A stretch of 64,000 bases of DNA from Macrostomum hystrix (GCA_950097015.1 CATNEN010000029.1:7874001-7938000), one strand, 5' to 3'. Counted from the first letter of the stretch, positions 48,846-61,880 are shown. A program made the numbers and translations. The notes: a model not told the origin generated them from the sequence alone.

Positions 48846-50992
48846 CTACATCAAATAGACAAGGAAGCGGTTGGCATTATACTTGGCTCCCCCGCCTTCC
48901 AGAAGTTGACCTCGGTTGGTTGTGTACACAAACGTTGGGCCGCGTCCGCTCCAGTGGCTGTTGCCCCAACGACACGGATCTCGACCGTCAGATACCACCC
49001 AGAAGGCTCTATCACCTGGACAACCGGCGTACACAAAGCTGATGAAGAAGCTTCGCTTTATTTCGGCATGGCCACGGATCGAGAAGAAATTGAATGCCGT
49101 TCCAACCGGGTATGGATAGCTTGAGACCACTCTTTCCTTGCTGAACCAGTTCTCCTTGTTCAGCTCAGCTCGCCGGACGGAGATATCGAACACAACCTGG
49201 GACACCATCCGACTGCCGTCCCGCATCTCCGCCACGATATGGTGCTTGCCAGTCCTGATGTACGCAGTTCTCAGACTATCGATCAACTCTGAGCGGAACA
49301 TGGTCGGCATCAGGCCGTTAGTCGGAACGCTGCTTTTGATGGCGCTATTCAAAAAAGTACCGGCAGCTTCATGATTCGAGTTGGCTTTGACAGTGAACAG
49401 CAGAATCTTGTTTTTCTCTAAAAAAAGTTTTGTGATACCGTATCAGTGAAGCTGAAATCCATTGACTCAAGAGGATGTTGCAATTAAATGAAAAACATAT
49501 TTTCATTGGGCATTACCAAAGTGATGTAATCCTTGCGAAGAAGCAGCTGAGCTATGCAACGAATGCTTGAGTCTCATGTAGATGAGAAAATTGTCCGCTG
49601 ACCTTGCGCCTCCGTTCTCGTAGGCAACTCCCTTGTATGCTGAGTAGATGAGGGCAGGTCCTTTACCTTGCCAGAACTGGCTACCCCAATGGCACACGTC
49701 GCGCGCGTCATTGACTACAAACAGTCCAAAGTCGGCCGGACACCCTCCGTAGTGGTAATTGATGAAGAATCTTCTGTGAATTTCTGCGTGTCCAGCAATC
49801 GAGAAGAAGTTGAAGCCAGTGTGACCGGCCCAGAACGGCTTGCTGGAGACCAGCCTCATACTGCTAAACCAGCTGTCCTTTGTCAGTCCGCTCGGATTCG
49901 CGTTGAACACAGCCTGTGCAACGGTGCGTCCGGCCTTCCGCATCTCGGCCACGATCTCCCAATTGCCAGCGGAGGCAACAACGGACAGCCGGTCCACCAA
50001 GTGCGACCGATACACGTCTGGGAGGGAGCCGTCGCGAGGCACCGGGTAGTCTTGCTCCGAGTTGTAGGTAGCAAAAACTGGCACACCCGTGTTTGCCTTG
50101 ACAGTGTACAGCATGAGCTTGTCGCCCTCTAAGAAAATTTGCGTGTCATTTGTAGTGTCATTTGCGTGTATTGTAGAAGCACAAATAAACTAAAATTGAC
50201 CAAGTGCAATAATGCTTGCACCGATAGAATTGACTCACCGAACCAGAACTCCTTCGGGAATGGTCTCTTGACGGCGTTGACAACTGGGAGGCTGACTCGG
50301 CTGAAAGTTAGCTGCGCGCCGTTGGCCTGGCCGAAGAATGTGAATCTTAGCGAAGCCCTTAGACTGCGGCTGCGCTCGCCCTTGAACCTCAGCGCTCTCA
50401 ATAGGCGCCGGCAGGTCGAGCGTCTGTTGCAGATAAATCTAACCACTGGCAAATCGTCCTTGCGCCACTCGGACAGGACATTTACGTCGGGACACTTGGA
50501 ACTACAGGCGGCCTGACGCATCTGGACCTTGAAGCGGTTGATCTCAAACAGATAGAACTGCGGCTGGGGCGGCAGCTTCATATCCCTCACAATCTGCAGT
50601 GGAACATTGAGGTAGTAGCCGTTTCCGAGTGGATCCCGCAGCACTCGAGACTGGCGTGGCAGCCGCATGGCTACGTAGGGCTGAACGATGCGCGCTTCCC
50701 CATGCTTGAAGCAGCGCAGCCGGCTTCCTCTAAATGTGAGGCTGGGCGCCCTTTCCAGGCCGCTGGCCTGGTTTTCAATCATGTCGGCCGTTGCTAAGGA
50801 CAGCACCAGCAAGAGGCTGCCGCAGAGCTGCAGAGCATTGGTCATGGCGCTCTTCTGAAAGAAAAGAAATCGAGCCTTTTAATAACAGACCGATAGAACA
50901 AACTTGCCTTGTATTTGACAAAACCTACTTTAGATGCAAGCCATTGTAACAACAGTTTTACGAGCTATATGAATGAAATTTAGCCTCACCAT
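48846..50992 (-). CDS. Uncharacterised secreted protein: signal peptide, Arg-rich N-terminal domain and two tandem paralogous ~190-aa domains (about 600 aa)
   Basis: Exons: optional ATG micro-exon 50990-50992 (ATG|gtgagg), 50239-50854 (ttttctttcag|AAG AGC GCC ATG...TTC G|gtgagt), 49517-50128 (ttag|AG GGC GAC...TTT G|gtaatg; reads through to a stop at 49503 if not spliced), 48846-49417 (ttag|AG AAA AAC...TAG). The signal peptide is MTNALQLCGSLLLVLSLATA. The two last exons align along their full length (e.g. FNFFSIAGHAEIHRRFFINYHYGGCP vs FNFFSIRGHAEIKRSFFISFVYAGCP). Confidence 0.85.
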
Positions 50993-52044
50993 TTTAGGTT
51001 TTGCTTCTTTGATGAAAAAATCGCAATGGGTTCTTGGTTCTTGTTCTGCGTTGCTGTCAATGTTCTAGACCATTCTTGCTAATGGAAAATGTAGCTAGGT
51101 ATAAATAAAATTATTTGTAGAGTCAAGCGCTATTCCCTAAAGTGGCAAGTGCAGTCAGTTCTGACCCAAGCATCTGGTGAGCGGCTAGTGATAGGTTAGT
51201 CGGAGCCGATCGGGATAATCGTTGAGTAGACAGCTGCTAGGCAGGGTCCGCCAAGGTATCTTGCCATGCTACTCAAGTTCTACTCAAGTACCCTACCAAT
51301 TTATTTTCTTGCTCACTCAACATTAGAAGCGGTGCGTGAGGCAAGGAGGCCATACTGAGAGAGTCACTGTTATATCGATTCATATTTATCAATTCCTTCC
51401 AATAAATAGAAAAGAGAATAACGAAATAGCCAAATAATCTAAGCGCTATCCTTTCTCCAAAACAAGGTAAATAAATTATTCAGCAATTCGTTAGTTAGTT
51501 GCCTTAACATGAGTATCTTGTGTCGAATGGCTAAAAACTAATGCCAAAATCAATACCTTATTTAGTAATTATACAAACTATATACAATAGTACAAACTAT
51601 TCTATAAATGATGAAATTTATAGAATGATTTATAAATAAATTTATAAATAAAATTATAAATTTATAAATGATTTTCAAGAACTATGATGAAAATAAGAGT
51701 AGCTATAGTAAAGCAAATTGGGATATACTGATATGTGGGCTATCATAACAAAGATGATAACAATGATGGACCAACTCACGAGACAAGCGGCTCCAATCTG
51801 AAGCCGGGCTGAATTTCCAGACAAAAGTCGATAGCGCTGTAGCTAGGCTGCCACCAGAGTGTCCTGAAGCTGTTCGCACCACGGTCAGGGAGTTGCCTCG
51901 CACTCGAAGAAAAATGATTCAGAGTCGAAATAGAGCTCTCACAGGAATTAGGTTTCGTATGAGGGTTTTGGTCTCGGCCTTAGCGGGAAACTGTCGCGTA
52001 GCAGCATAGCGCTCAACTGGTAGGTGTTCCAGGCGCATAACGTG

Positions 52045-52241
52045 GTTGCTAAAAATAGAAACTGACGTCATGCAAACAAGGCAACAGACCCATAACCAAG
52101 GGGTCTGTTGCTAAAAATAGAAACTGACGTCAGATAAACAAGGCAACAGACCCAAAACCAAGGGTTACAGTCTACACTCTACAGTCTACACTCTCCCACC
52201 CTTGGTTATGGGTCTGTTGCTAAAAATAGAAACTGACGTCA
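52045..52241. promoter_or_regulatory. Triplicated MEF2 (CTAAAAATAG) + CRE (TGACGTCA) module with 22-bp inverted repeats
   Basis: MEF2 sites at 52049, 52111 and 52220; CRE sites at 52063, 52125 and 52234; inverted repeat 52081-52102 / 52199-52220. The motifs are exact, but function is inferred. Confidence 0.45.
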
Positions 52242-54781
52242 TGAATACGTAGGAGAGAGGATCCGGCCGGGATCCCTAACAAATAACATTCTGACAAAGT
52301 AATTACACACACAGGCATACACAAAAGGCCCCTCCCCCCACAGGGTGAGAGAGTGCAGCCGGCGCAAATCCAAGTGCAGAGGCAAGACCTGAAAAGACAC
52401 AATGCTGCGAAAGTGACAAAGCTAAGTTTATAAACTAGCAACTCACTTCATTATCACGAATATGTATATCTTTTCCACCCGTCTTAAACGTAGCTTCTAT
52501 GAACTAGTTGCAGTTGTCATTTGTACAAATAAAAAGAGAGCTCGTAGCCTAGAATTTGGAGCTTTTGACTTGTGATCGAGATGTCGATAATTCGAATCTT
52601 AGCCCAAGGGAAATAAATTGTTTTTTGTGGAAGACACTAAATTCCCTAGTGCAGACTATGTCTGTAAATCTGGCTCCGTTTGGCTGGATGTAATTTCTAT
52701 ATATATTTATGTTACGCTGCAAATTGCATAAGTTTTTATCACCAATGGCTAAAAAAACTAATTAAGAAAAGCACAAATAAAAATTATTTCGTGTTGCAGC
52801 AAGCGTTTGTGACACACGGCAAATTGTTTTGGTGCCTTTTTCAAAATGTAATTAGACACTCAGTGAACTATATTTAACATCAGCTCTATTATTAGAGTAA
52901 GAATGCTTTACTTGATGTTTACTGTTTCAAAAAGTTGTTTAAAATTTAATTAATAAAACTGTTAAAAACTAACACAAGACGATTTGCATATCTAATTATC
53001 TGTGGGACCGTGAACTTGTGTCTATCCGGCAGCTGTTTTAACAAACTGAATGAGGAATACTTTCATATTGGTCTCGTCTCAATCATAACTCTTTGTGAAG
53101 CAGAATTGGAAAATTCTAGAAGCACTCAATAAAATATACAGACTCGACAGCTCAAAGCGAGCAAGAAATCTACGATAATTCATTGAACAAAACAAAATAA
53201 GATTATTATATTTTCACAGTTTTTTTCAGTTAGTCAAGTGTGTTGCAAACAGTTAGGCTTAATAAAGAACTAAAAATAGTATTTTGTAACAATCAGAACT
53301 GCTGCATATTAATTAAGCAGGTGTCTCGAGAATCACAAAACAAAGCAAAATAGATTTTCATAGAGATCCATTCATTCGACTTTTTGATCGAGTACAGTCT
53401 ATTTTTCACACGTTAAAAACGAAAAGAAAAATAATAAACGAACTCGTAAATTCTGCCAAATCACAGCAATTTGACTTTATACAGATGGCGCTGATAAGAA
53501 GCTGACCCGAAAAATAAAGCAAAAGTAAAAGTCCAGTGCTAGTAAAATAATAATTGAATGATAGAAAATTAGTAAGTCACGCTTAGAATTGCTATCTTAA
53601 GTCATAAAACTGAAATATATATTACTCTGTGTTACGAGTGTAACCTAAAGTTCTCGCCTTTTATACTTGTAGCTGTGATAAAGAGTTACAACATCAATAA
53701 TAGCAGGTTATGAGTGTTCTTAAGAAACAGAAAACAAAATATGCTGTAGTTGCTGGTTTTTCTTCATTACAATGACTGCAACATAAATTGATCAAACTAC
53801 AAATATAATTAAAGTGTTGTGGAGGTAATAATATTGTGGAGAGCAAAACAGTGAAACAATAGACGGCGGTTTTTAGTTTACAGCAGCATTGTCATTGGTT
53901 ATAAAACATTTTAGGTTAATATAAACTATATTTGTTTAAAATACGGAGGACTAAGACTAGAAATATAAAAGCACACATCAGAGCCAAAACTCTTAGTGTA
54001 TCAGTAATACAAGCTCGGACGGGAGATTTTAGATCTCACACAAAAGAAACAAACAGGAATTCCTTCGCTAATCGAAGTTAATAAAAAGCAATAAAGACAA
54101 TAAAACAGAATCCCTAACTAATCAACATCACAAGCGCATTAGTGCAGCAGAGAATCTAAGAGGGTGCTTCTGCAACTGAGCATTAAACATTAAATAACAA
54201 TTTAGTAGGACGCGTCTTGGTTTTTAGGCGAGTGAGAAAAAAATAGTTTGGTAGTCAGTTACGCTCCAGAGGAGCTCGTCTAGTAAGTTCTAGTAAACTA
54301 CTAATCAAGTGTATTTAAGTCTTGAATTTGCACCTGCATTGGGCCACAACTCATTTCAACACCTGCCGTTTAAATGTTCTGTGTTAACTTAATACATAAA
54401 AATTCTAATTGTGGATAAGTTTCTAGAAACTCGAGCCTATCTTACACTTGATCATCTGATGGCCTTTCAGCAGTTTGACGCAAAAATAATAATGCCGAGG
54501 GAAGGGGCACAATGTGTTGAGAGCCGAGACTGAAAAATAAGTAACAATATTGAATACATTCAAATAGAATAACGAGGTAAATGTACAAGTCCCCGTACAA
54601 ATCGGGGGACAGGTGAGCGTTTGCGGTGGTGCGTTAGGTGCAGGGGAACGATTGACGATGGAAGAGGGAGCAGGCTTATGACGCAATCCGATTTCTTGTC
54701 AATAAACTTGTTGGAGCCTTTGCAACCTGGCTGCTAGTTGAAACCGCGAACATTTAAAAGGCTGCGGTCTGCTCGATGACG

Positions 54782-57700
54782 TCAGACGATGTTGTCGTCA
54801 CCGTTGTTTCCATTCGTGGCGTTCATACCGGCGAAGGCGGTGTGGCGGTGGTCAGGCTCCAGCTTGGTGTCGTCCAGCTCCTGCAGCCGCTTGTGCCGGT
54901 AGATGCTCCACAACTCGCAGGCCAAGTCGCCCGCCACGATGTCGCCGCAGTTCATGGCGATCAGGCGGATGATGAAGACGCCGTCGATTCGCAGATAGTT
55001 CTCTACGAATTTTCGGCTGGTGGTCTTGTCTGTGTCCTTCAGCACGTTCATAATCTTCAGGTACTTCCGGATAAAGTTTAATCGGCGCCTGGCGATGGAC
55101 ATGCGGAAGAACCAGTTCACAAAGGAGGTCAGCGTCACAATGCTGACTAGAACGTGCCAGAACCACAGGAACACGTAGATCTTCTCCAGGAACATGTTCA
55201 GCGGCAGGACGCACTGCAGAGTATAGCTGAGTAGCGGAAGGAAGAGACGTTCGAACTGATTAAAAACTTTTTTTAGATCTCTTGTTTCATTTTTATGATC
55301 ACAGAAGCCAACTGACAATACAAAGCTGGTTAAAATGCACAATTAAAAGTTCAATTGTAAAAAGTACAATGTTAAAGTATCATCGAATGTAGTCTTATAC
55401 TTTATTAAAACGTGTTGTTACCCAATTGCTACTAAAAGTACGAGTAGTTAGCTAAGTTTCGAAGTAAGATATTTGTTAATAAATCAGGAACTTTTTGTTC
55501 GTGTTATAGCTTCGTGTTCGAAATATAATTCATTTGAAAGTGCTATTTTATAGTCCTTAATAGATATACAGATAAGAAGGCTCATGATGTGTCCTAGGCT
55601 CTTTCTTTACCAGTGGAATGGTCATCTTTGGCCAGAAGACACTAAAAGTGAAGCCCAAAGATATTGTATTCCTATCACAGATCCTACTCGAATATACACT
55701 GCAGTAATTGCTATATATAAGATCTATGATGAAGCCGGAGAATTTGAAACGAGGCCAATTAGCCAGTTCACAGGCTTGAAAACGATCCAACCATGCCGAG
55801 CCACGACAGGTCCCAAAATGACGGTAGCTTTCTTACATCTACTTTTAAAATGGACAATACTGCGAAAGTGACGCAGGCCTCTCATACAGTTCTTTGCTGT
55901 GCTGTTGTTTCGTTAATTTGTTACTTAAAATATACACACTGACAAACCATGTTAAAGTTTTGCCATAGACAAATTTTCTGCACGTTTTTTTATCAGCACG
56001 CTTTTTTAATAGATTGACTATAGGATTTTACCATAGACATAGGCGTTATCTACACGCTTGAGCGTTGTACAATGTTCATTATGACCACCCAACGAAAACA
56101 CTAAATACCAGCTAGCTGTCCATAAAACTTTTGCGGTCATTAATAGAGGTGACCTTGAAATAATTTATCGTTGGCGCTATACGCGCTCTCTGTCGCAGCT
56201 ATTATAAACCTCTCAATAGACGGTCTAAAATGTTTATATTGGCGCCAAGTTGTGACCTTGGCGACTTTCTGGTGTGAAAACAGTTTTTTCTTTGTTCTTT
56301 TTTGCAAAGAGAATTTTAAGCATCAGTCAGGTGCAACTCAAGCTTAGTCGCCCTACTCGCCATTCATTCAGAAAATGCGTCTTACGGATCTACCCTTCGC
56401 CAGGACCCCTTAGTTTTCAATGTGTTGCTCTGGCATTGTTGTTCCACGGCTGGTTTGTTGCCAAGTCGTTCTAAACTCATGCGCTACTCAGCCTAAGGTG
56501 CAGGCTTGCCGCCTCATTGCTCGCCAGCTTCTTGCCTTTCCTTCACCTGGCTGGTGCTTCATCTCCTCCCCGACTGTTTTGTTCCCACAGCCGGGGCAGA
56601 GCAAACAGTCGGCATCCACCCTCAGCGCAATGCTATGATTGATTTCTTAGCCATGAGCCACCGCAGTCTAACCTTATAGCCATGCGGCTCACCTGACTCA
56701 CTGGCCAATTAAGGTGCAATGCTGGGCTTATTAAGAAAATACCTGACCAAATGAGGCTTTTCTACCTCACACTAAAAGATTGAATCGATTCTGAATATAT
56801 TCTAGAGCGACACGTGTATGAAGTGAACTATACAGTAGTCAACCCTCAACAAAGGGGACGTTCCCGAACCGAATGACCGTGAAAGTTTTCATGAAAGTCC
56901 AGCAAATGGATCTAAATTTCCGCCTTTAACGATGAGCTAACTTTCTAAGCCGTTCGAACAACTGACATTGCTCTGAATAATCCCTATGTTGAATCCAAAT
57001 TGATATAATCAATACAATATATTCAACAATAACAGCCGACATTGTTACTTTATGAAATTTTGTGAGCGGAAACATTATGCCTATATTGGTGGTTTTGCCA
57101 CCACACACCCCAACGAGGATGGTTGAATATCTCGACGATGTCGATGTTTTGTTATTCTAGAAAACCGTTTCATAGATAGAGTGGAAAAATTTAGCCGATG
57201 TTCTTGGCGAATGGCTGAATACTTAGGGACAATGAGACAAAAAGGGTATTTGAAAAGGCCCCAAGGTCTTTCTACTGTTAATTAGCTTTCAAGCATGCCC
57301 TTTGACGAATTGTTGAACAGTGAAGCATTGAACATTTTCTTATAGATGCTAGCGAGGCGAAATGACAGAGTTCCATGTCTGTCAATGCAAAATGAAGCGT
57401 CTTTAGTGCCGGACCATGCTGTGATTTGAATCCCTGATCAGGAACAACATTGCTTCCTGCAGCTTAGATTAATCCATTTTCAGTCTCGAGAGCCTCAGTC
57501 AATGTTGTGCAAGATATTTTTAGATTTAATATGTAGCTAGGAGTGCACGACGTCAATTAGGCTTAATATTTACTAACCTTGCGCAGAATTTCATATCAAA
57601 ATTATGTCCCATCTTTAGTTTATTTACTTGGCACGGCTGAGTTTGGAGATCTGTTAAAAAATTCTGCATACTTGCCAACCTTGATCCTCGGAGCACAGTC

Positions 57701-59884
57701 ACTAATTCTGAGTACAACTCACTGCCATGAAGGTGTGAATACACATTGTTGTGAGTTCATCCCCAACGGCGCCATTGTCAGACAGCCCGTTGCAAAGAAT
57801 AAAGTTATCTCCCAATTTCTAGGCCAGAATTGTATCATATTTTATGCAGATTTGCAGACACACGCGCTTGGAATCTCCGTTCTAAAGTAGAATGTAGGTC
57901 CCCGTAACGCTGCACACGCACACACTCTCAGAGTGGAGCATTGTGATGGAGTGGGTGTCAGCTGGGCAGCCACACCTCCGACTGGATCGCGGATGCATCA
58001 TGGCCGGTAGGAGATTCCGCTATACTCAATGCATTGCTTCTCTCGCCCCAAAAATCTCTATGCCTCATTCACACTCTTTCCGTTGCTATTTTCCACTCGC
58101 GTCCTCCCAAAGCATTCCTGCGAATTCCCTAGACCATATAAATGCGGCTCCGATGAGGGCAAATGAATAGTTGACTATTATAGACTGATACATTATATAT
58201 ATATATTTATATGCGTTTGCCGATAGCCTAACCAGAATCCGAGAGTAAATAGATGCATCCATGTTTATTATCAATTCATTCTCGCATGCAGCTTGCTATT
58301 TAACTATGCTGTACTGGTTTCTGCCTTATTTAGCTGCTGTCCATTGTGCCTGAGGGTAAATAGCTGTTTATCCAGCTGCAAACGGTTTTTCACTAGATTG
58401 CTGCATTCAGCATTCACGGGAGTGTGTGCTCAGGAGCCAGCGGAACGGGCAGAATCGTCTGTCGCTGGCTTCAAATAATGTGCCAGTGCGCGCATTCCAG
58501 GAAATGTTTGTCAACATAGACAACATAGGCAACATAGACAACATAGACAATATAGACAGAGCAACAGATTAGAAATATTTTAAACCACAAGTTTCATAAA
58601 CGAGAAATACGTATGCAAATATTTTTTATGCAACAAAATCAAACGATTGATTTTGTTTGATCTAAACTTCAGATTTTTCAACGATTTATGGTGTCAGAGC
58701 TGTATTTATTGCTATATTGGTCATTGTGTAATACGTAGAGCTAGTTTGGCTTAGTACTGTACGCGTTCGTTGAGCACTTGATTAACACGATTGTGAGCAG
58801 AAGGTTGGCAACTAAATGATTTACATAAAGTCATAGAATTCTACAATCAGATTTGAAGCCATCAAAATTTAGTCTATGATTATTTGACTGAGAAGTGTCA
58901 CGATCTACTGAGCACAACGTTTGCAGAAAATAAGCCTTCTGTAAGCTGTACCTTACAATAGTGTTTGCTAAGAGCTCACCTGAAACTATACTTGCAGTCA
59001 GGTTTGTGCTTAACAGTTCCCCTATTGATCATTGTTCTAGAAGTTCATTGTTTCTTTACGGAAGTAAAAAATCTCAATTCGACTGAACTCAGAATCAACT
59101 AGTTCAGAGCAGTCCTCGTTTAGCTAGAAACTATCTTTTGGTCTCAAGAATGAACTAAACAATGCCAGGTGTTTCTTAGATTTTCCTACTGCAAAAAGCA
59201 ACAAACAATGCACTCACTGGTAATTCTGGCCCTCCTTCTTGGCCTGCAGATCGCAGAAGGTGACCCTCGGGAAGTTCGATGACTGATACCATTCAATGCC
59301 TTTGAAGATGTCTAGCAGCACACGGAAGCCAAAGAATGTGTAGGTCGTGCCAATGAACCTCTCCATGAGGTAGAGCTGGCCGAACACATTCAGCAGGTAC
59401 AGGACCTTGATGAAGAAGTACAGCACTACCAGGAAGTTGCCATAGCGCTTGCCGCAGCAGAAGCAGCTGCACTTGGACAGGCAGTGCTTGAGTCGGACGC
59501 CGACTCCGCGCCTGTACTCCCGCTGCCTGTAGATGCAGCCCTCCATGTACCTGGCCATGAAGCGCACATTCTTGTTCAGAGCCTCCGGGATCACCACATT
59601 GGCGTCGGTGGCCATCTGCAGAATCTTGCGCACATTGAAGCCAGAGTAGTTCATGAATAGGCGCCAGATGAGGCAGGGCAGGTAGAACATTAGCGCCTGC
59701 ACAGCAAGAACTATGGGAGCCCATTGGTAATAAGTGATCATAAGCTCATTGCGCACGTGCTGCGGCGGCAGGTGCTCAGCCTGCACTGGCGCATAATAGG
59801 TATTGGCCACCCAGCAGTAATTCTCGGCGTATTCCTCCCAGCCGCGAGTGAACTCCTGCGGAATCCAGCACTGGATGGGCTTGC
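54782..59884 (-). CDS. inx: Innexin (invertebrate gap-junction/hemichannel protein), last two coding exons; N-terminal exon not found in window
   Basis: Exons 59218-59884 (cgcag|GC AAG CCC ATC CAG TGC...TAC CA|gtgagt) and 54782-55226 (ctcag|C TAT ACT CTG CAG TGC...TGA); phases match. Innexin motifs: PIQCWIPQEF..WEEYAENYCWV.NTYY, YYQWAPIVLAVQALMFYLPCLIW, FPRVTFCD, QCVLPLNMFLEKIYVFLWFW. The first exon must end in phase 1 and probably lies beyond 64000. Confidence 0.95.
56833..57277. mobile_element. MITE-like non-autonomous DNA element (family D) with CAGTAG... terminal inverted repeats
   Basis: Begins ta|CAGTAGtcaacc and ends ggtcttt CTACTG|tt. Its internal sequence (atgcctatattggtggtttt...catctcgacg...) is shared with 35545-36063; subterminal gggtatttgaaa motif. 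Confidence 0.7.
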
Positions 59885-59923
59885 CTGCGGGCGGGGGAGC
59901 GTCGGCTGCATCAGCTACTGAAG

Positions 59924-60137
59924 TTTCATGAGATTCTTGAGTCATTTTATGAGGTTCATTTCTTTCATGAGATTCGTGAGTTGTATTATGAGATTCATGA
60001 GTTTCATGAGATTCATGAGATTCATGAGATTCGTGGGTTTCATGAGATTCATTAGATTAATGAGATTAATGAGATTAATGAGATTCATGAGATTCATGAG
60101 ATTCATGAGATTTATGAGATTCATGAGATTCATGAGA
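59924..60137. repeat. 9-bp repeat (TCATGAGAT)n upstream of the innexin exon acceptor
   Basis: Degenerate tandem array. It gives the MRF/MNL low-complexity ORFs. Confidence 0.9.
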
Positions 60138-60998
60138 TTTGTCATATCAGTTTCATTTTTTAGAATTTATGGAATGCATGAGACTTAAAAACTCAATTTT
60201 TGGCTAAATTAACTAATTTCAATGACTATGATTACTAATGAAAATATTATCATGACTTGTCGCAAGTTCTCATCAAAATTATAACTTTATTTCAAAAGTT
60301 TCTGGCTACAGCTAAAGAAGCCAATCCCGCGACAACAGCGGAGCCCTCCAGGAAATCTCCAAGCGCAAAGTTTCTCCGACACCCTTGTTCAGCAGCAGAC
60401 GCGACAAGCAGACAGGCAGGAGGGCAGGCCGTGAATGTCTCCGCATTAATTCGGCCCAACCATCTGGCTGCAACAGGCGCTTCTCAGAAAATGTTTTCGT
60501 GTGCCGTGCGTTGTCCCGCGGAAAAACTCCCGATGGCAAATTCAACTAAGGCCACTGGCCCACAGACTGAAGCGCTTGAGTTGAGTAGCAGGAGTTTAGG
60601 AACAATTTAAGTGCTCAATTATTCAACTATCTGGTTGTTCATTATGCATTAAGGACTAGACTGCAGGCAGTTTTGTCCCTCTTGCTAACTAAACTTTTTG
60701 TGGCTTTTCTCGTATGTTCCTAGAAGGAATACAGAGACAATCAGGACGAGACCTCAGATGGACACGGACGACTGGACTAAACTACATCAAGGCAGTGCAT
60801 GCATGGAGACCTATGGAAATGAATTGTGATCAAATCCATAGTGAAGAACTTTCACAAGAGACCTTTCAGCAAAAACCGCTCAGTCCACATTGACCTACCA
60901 CAGTTTGCCGATGTTTGCTTGAGTCTGATTGCTCCGAGTCATTGTGAGTGAGTCATTGAGTCACTCTACGCATACTGTTGTCTCACATTCCCTTTTTA

Positions 60999-61880
60999 TA
61001 GATCTCTCAATCCAATCTCATCCTCTGTCTCTCTATTAGATCTCTCAATCTAATCTCATCCTCTGTCTCTCTATTAGATCTCTCAATCCAATCTCATCCT
61101 CTGTCTCTCTATTAGATCTCTCAATCCAATCATCTTCTCTCTAGATCTCTCAATCATCTCTTCTCGTCTCTCTTTAGATCTCTCAATCTAATCTCTTTCT
61201 CTCTCTCTATTAGATCTCTCAATCCAATCTCATCCTCTGTCTCTCCATTAGATCTCTCAATCCAATCTTATCCTCTGTCTCTCTATTAGATCTCTCAATC
61301 TAATCTCTTTCTCTGTCTATTAGATCTCTCAATCCAATCTCATCCTCTCTCTCTCTATTAGATCTCTCAATCCAATCTCTTTCTCTGTCTCTCTATTAGA
61401 TCTCTCAATCTAATCTCTTTCTCTGTCTATTAGATCTCTCAATCCAATCTCATCCTCTGTCTCTCTATTAGATCTCTCAATCCAATCTCATCCTCTCTCT
61501 CTATTAGATCTCTCAATCCAATCTCATCCTCTGTCTCTCTATTAGATCTCTCAATCCAATCTCATCCTCTCTCTCTATTAGATCTCTCAATCCAATCTCA
61601 TCCTCTCTCTCTATTAGATCTCTCAATCCAATCTCTTCCTCTGTCTCTCTTTTAGATCTCTCAATCTAATCTCTTTCTCTCTCTCTATTAGATCTCTCAA
61701 TCCAATCTCATCCTCTGTCTCTCTATTAGATCTCTCAATCAAATCTCATCCTCTGTCTCTCTATTAGATCTCTCAATCTAATCTCATTCTATGTCTCTGT
61801 ATCTAATTTCTTCCTCTGTTTCTCTCTAGATCACTTAATCTAATCTCACCCTCTCTTCCTTGATCTCTCATCGTTTGTCT
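60999..61880. repeat. ~38-bp pyrimidine-rich minisatellite (tagatctctcaatccaatctcatcctctgtctctctat), about 21 copies
   Basis: Tandem array with CT-slippage variants, degenerating after about 61800. Confidence 0.94.
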
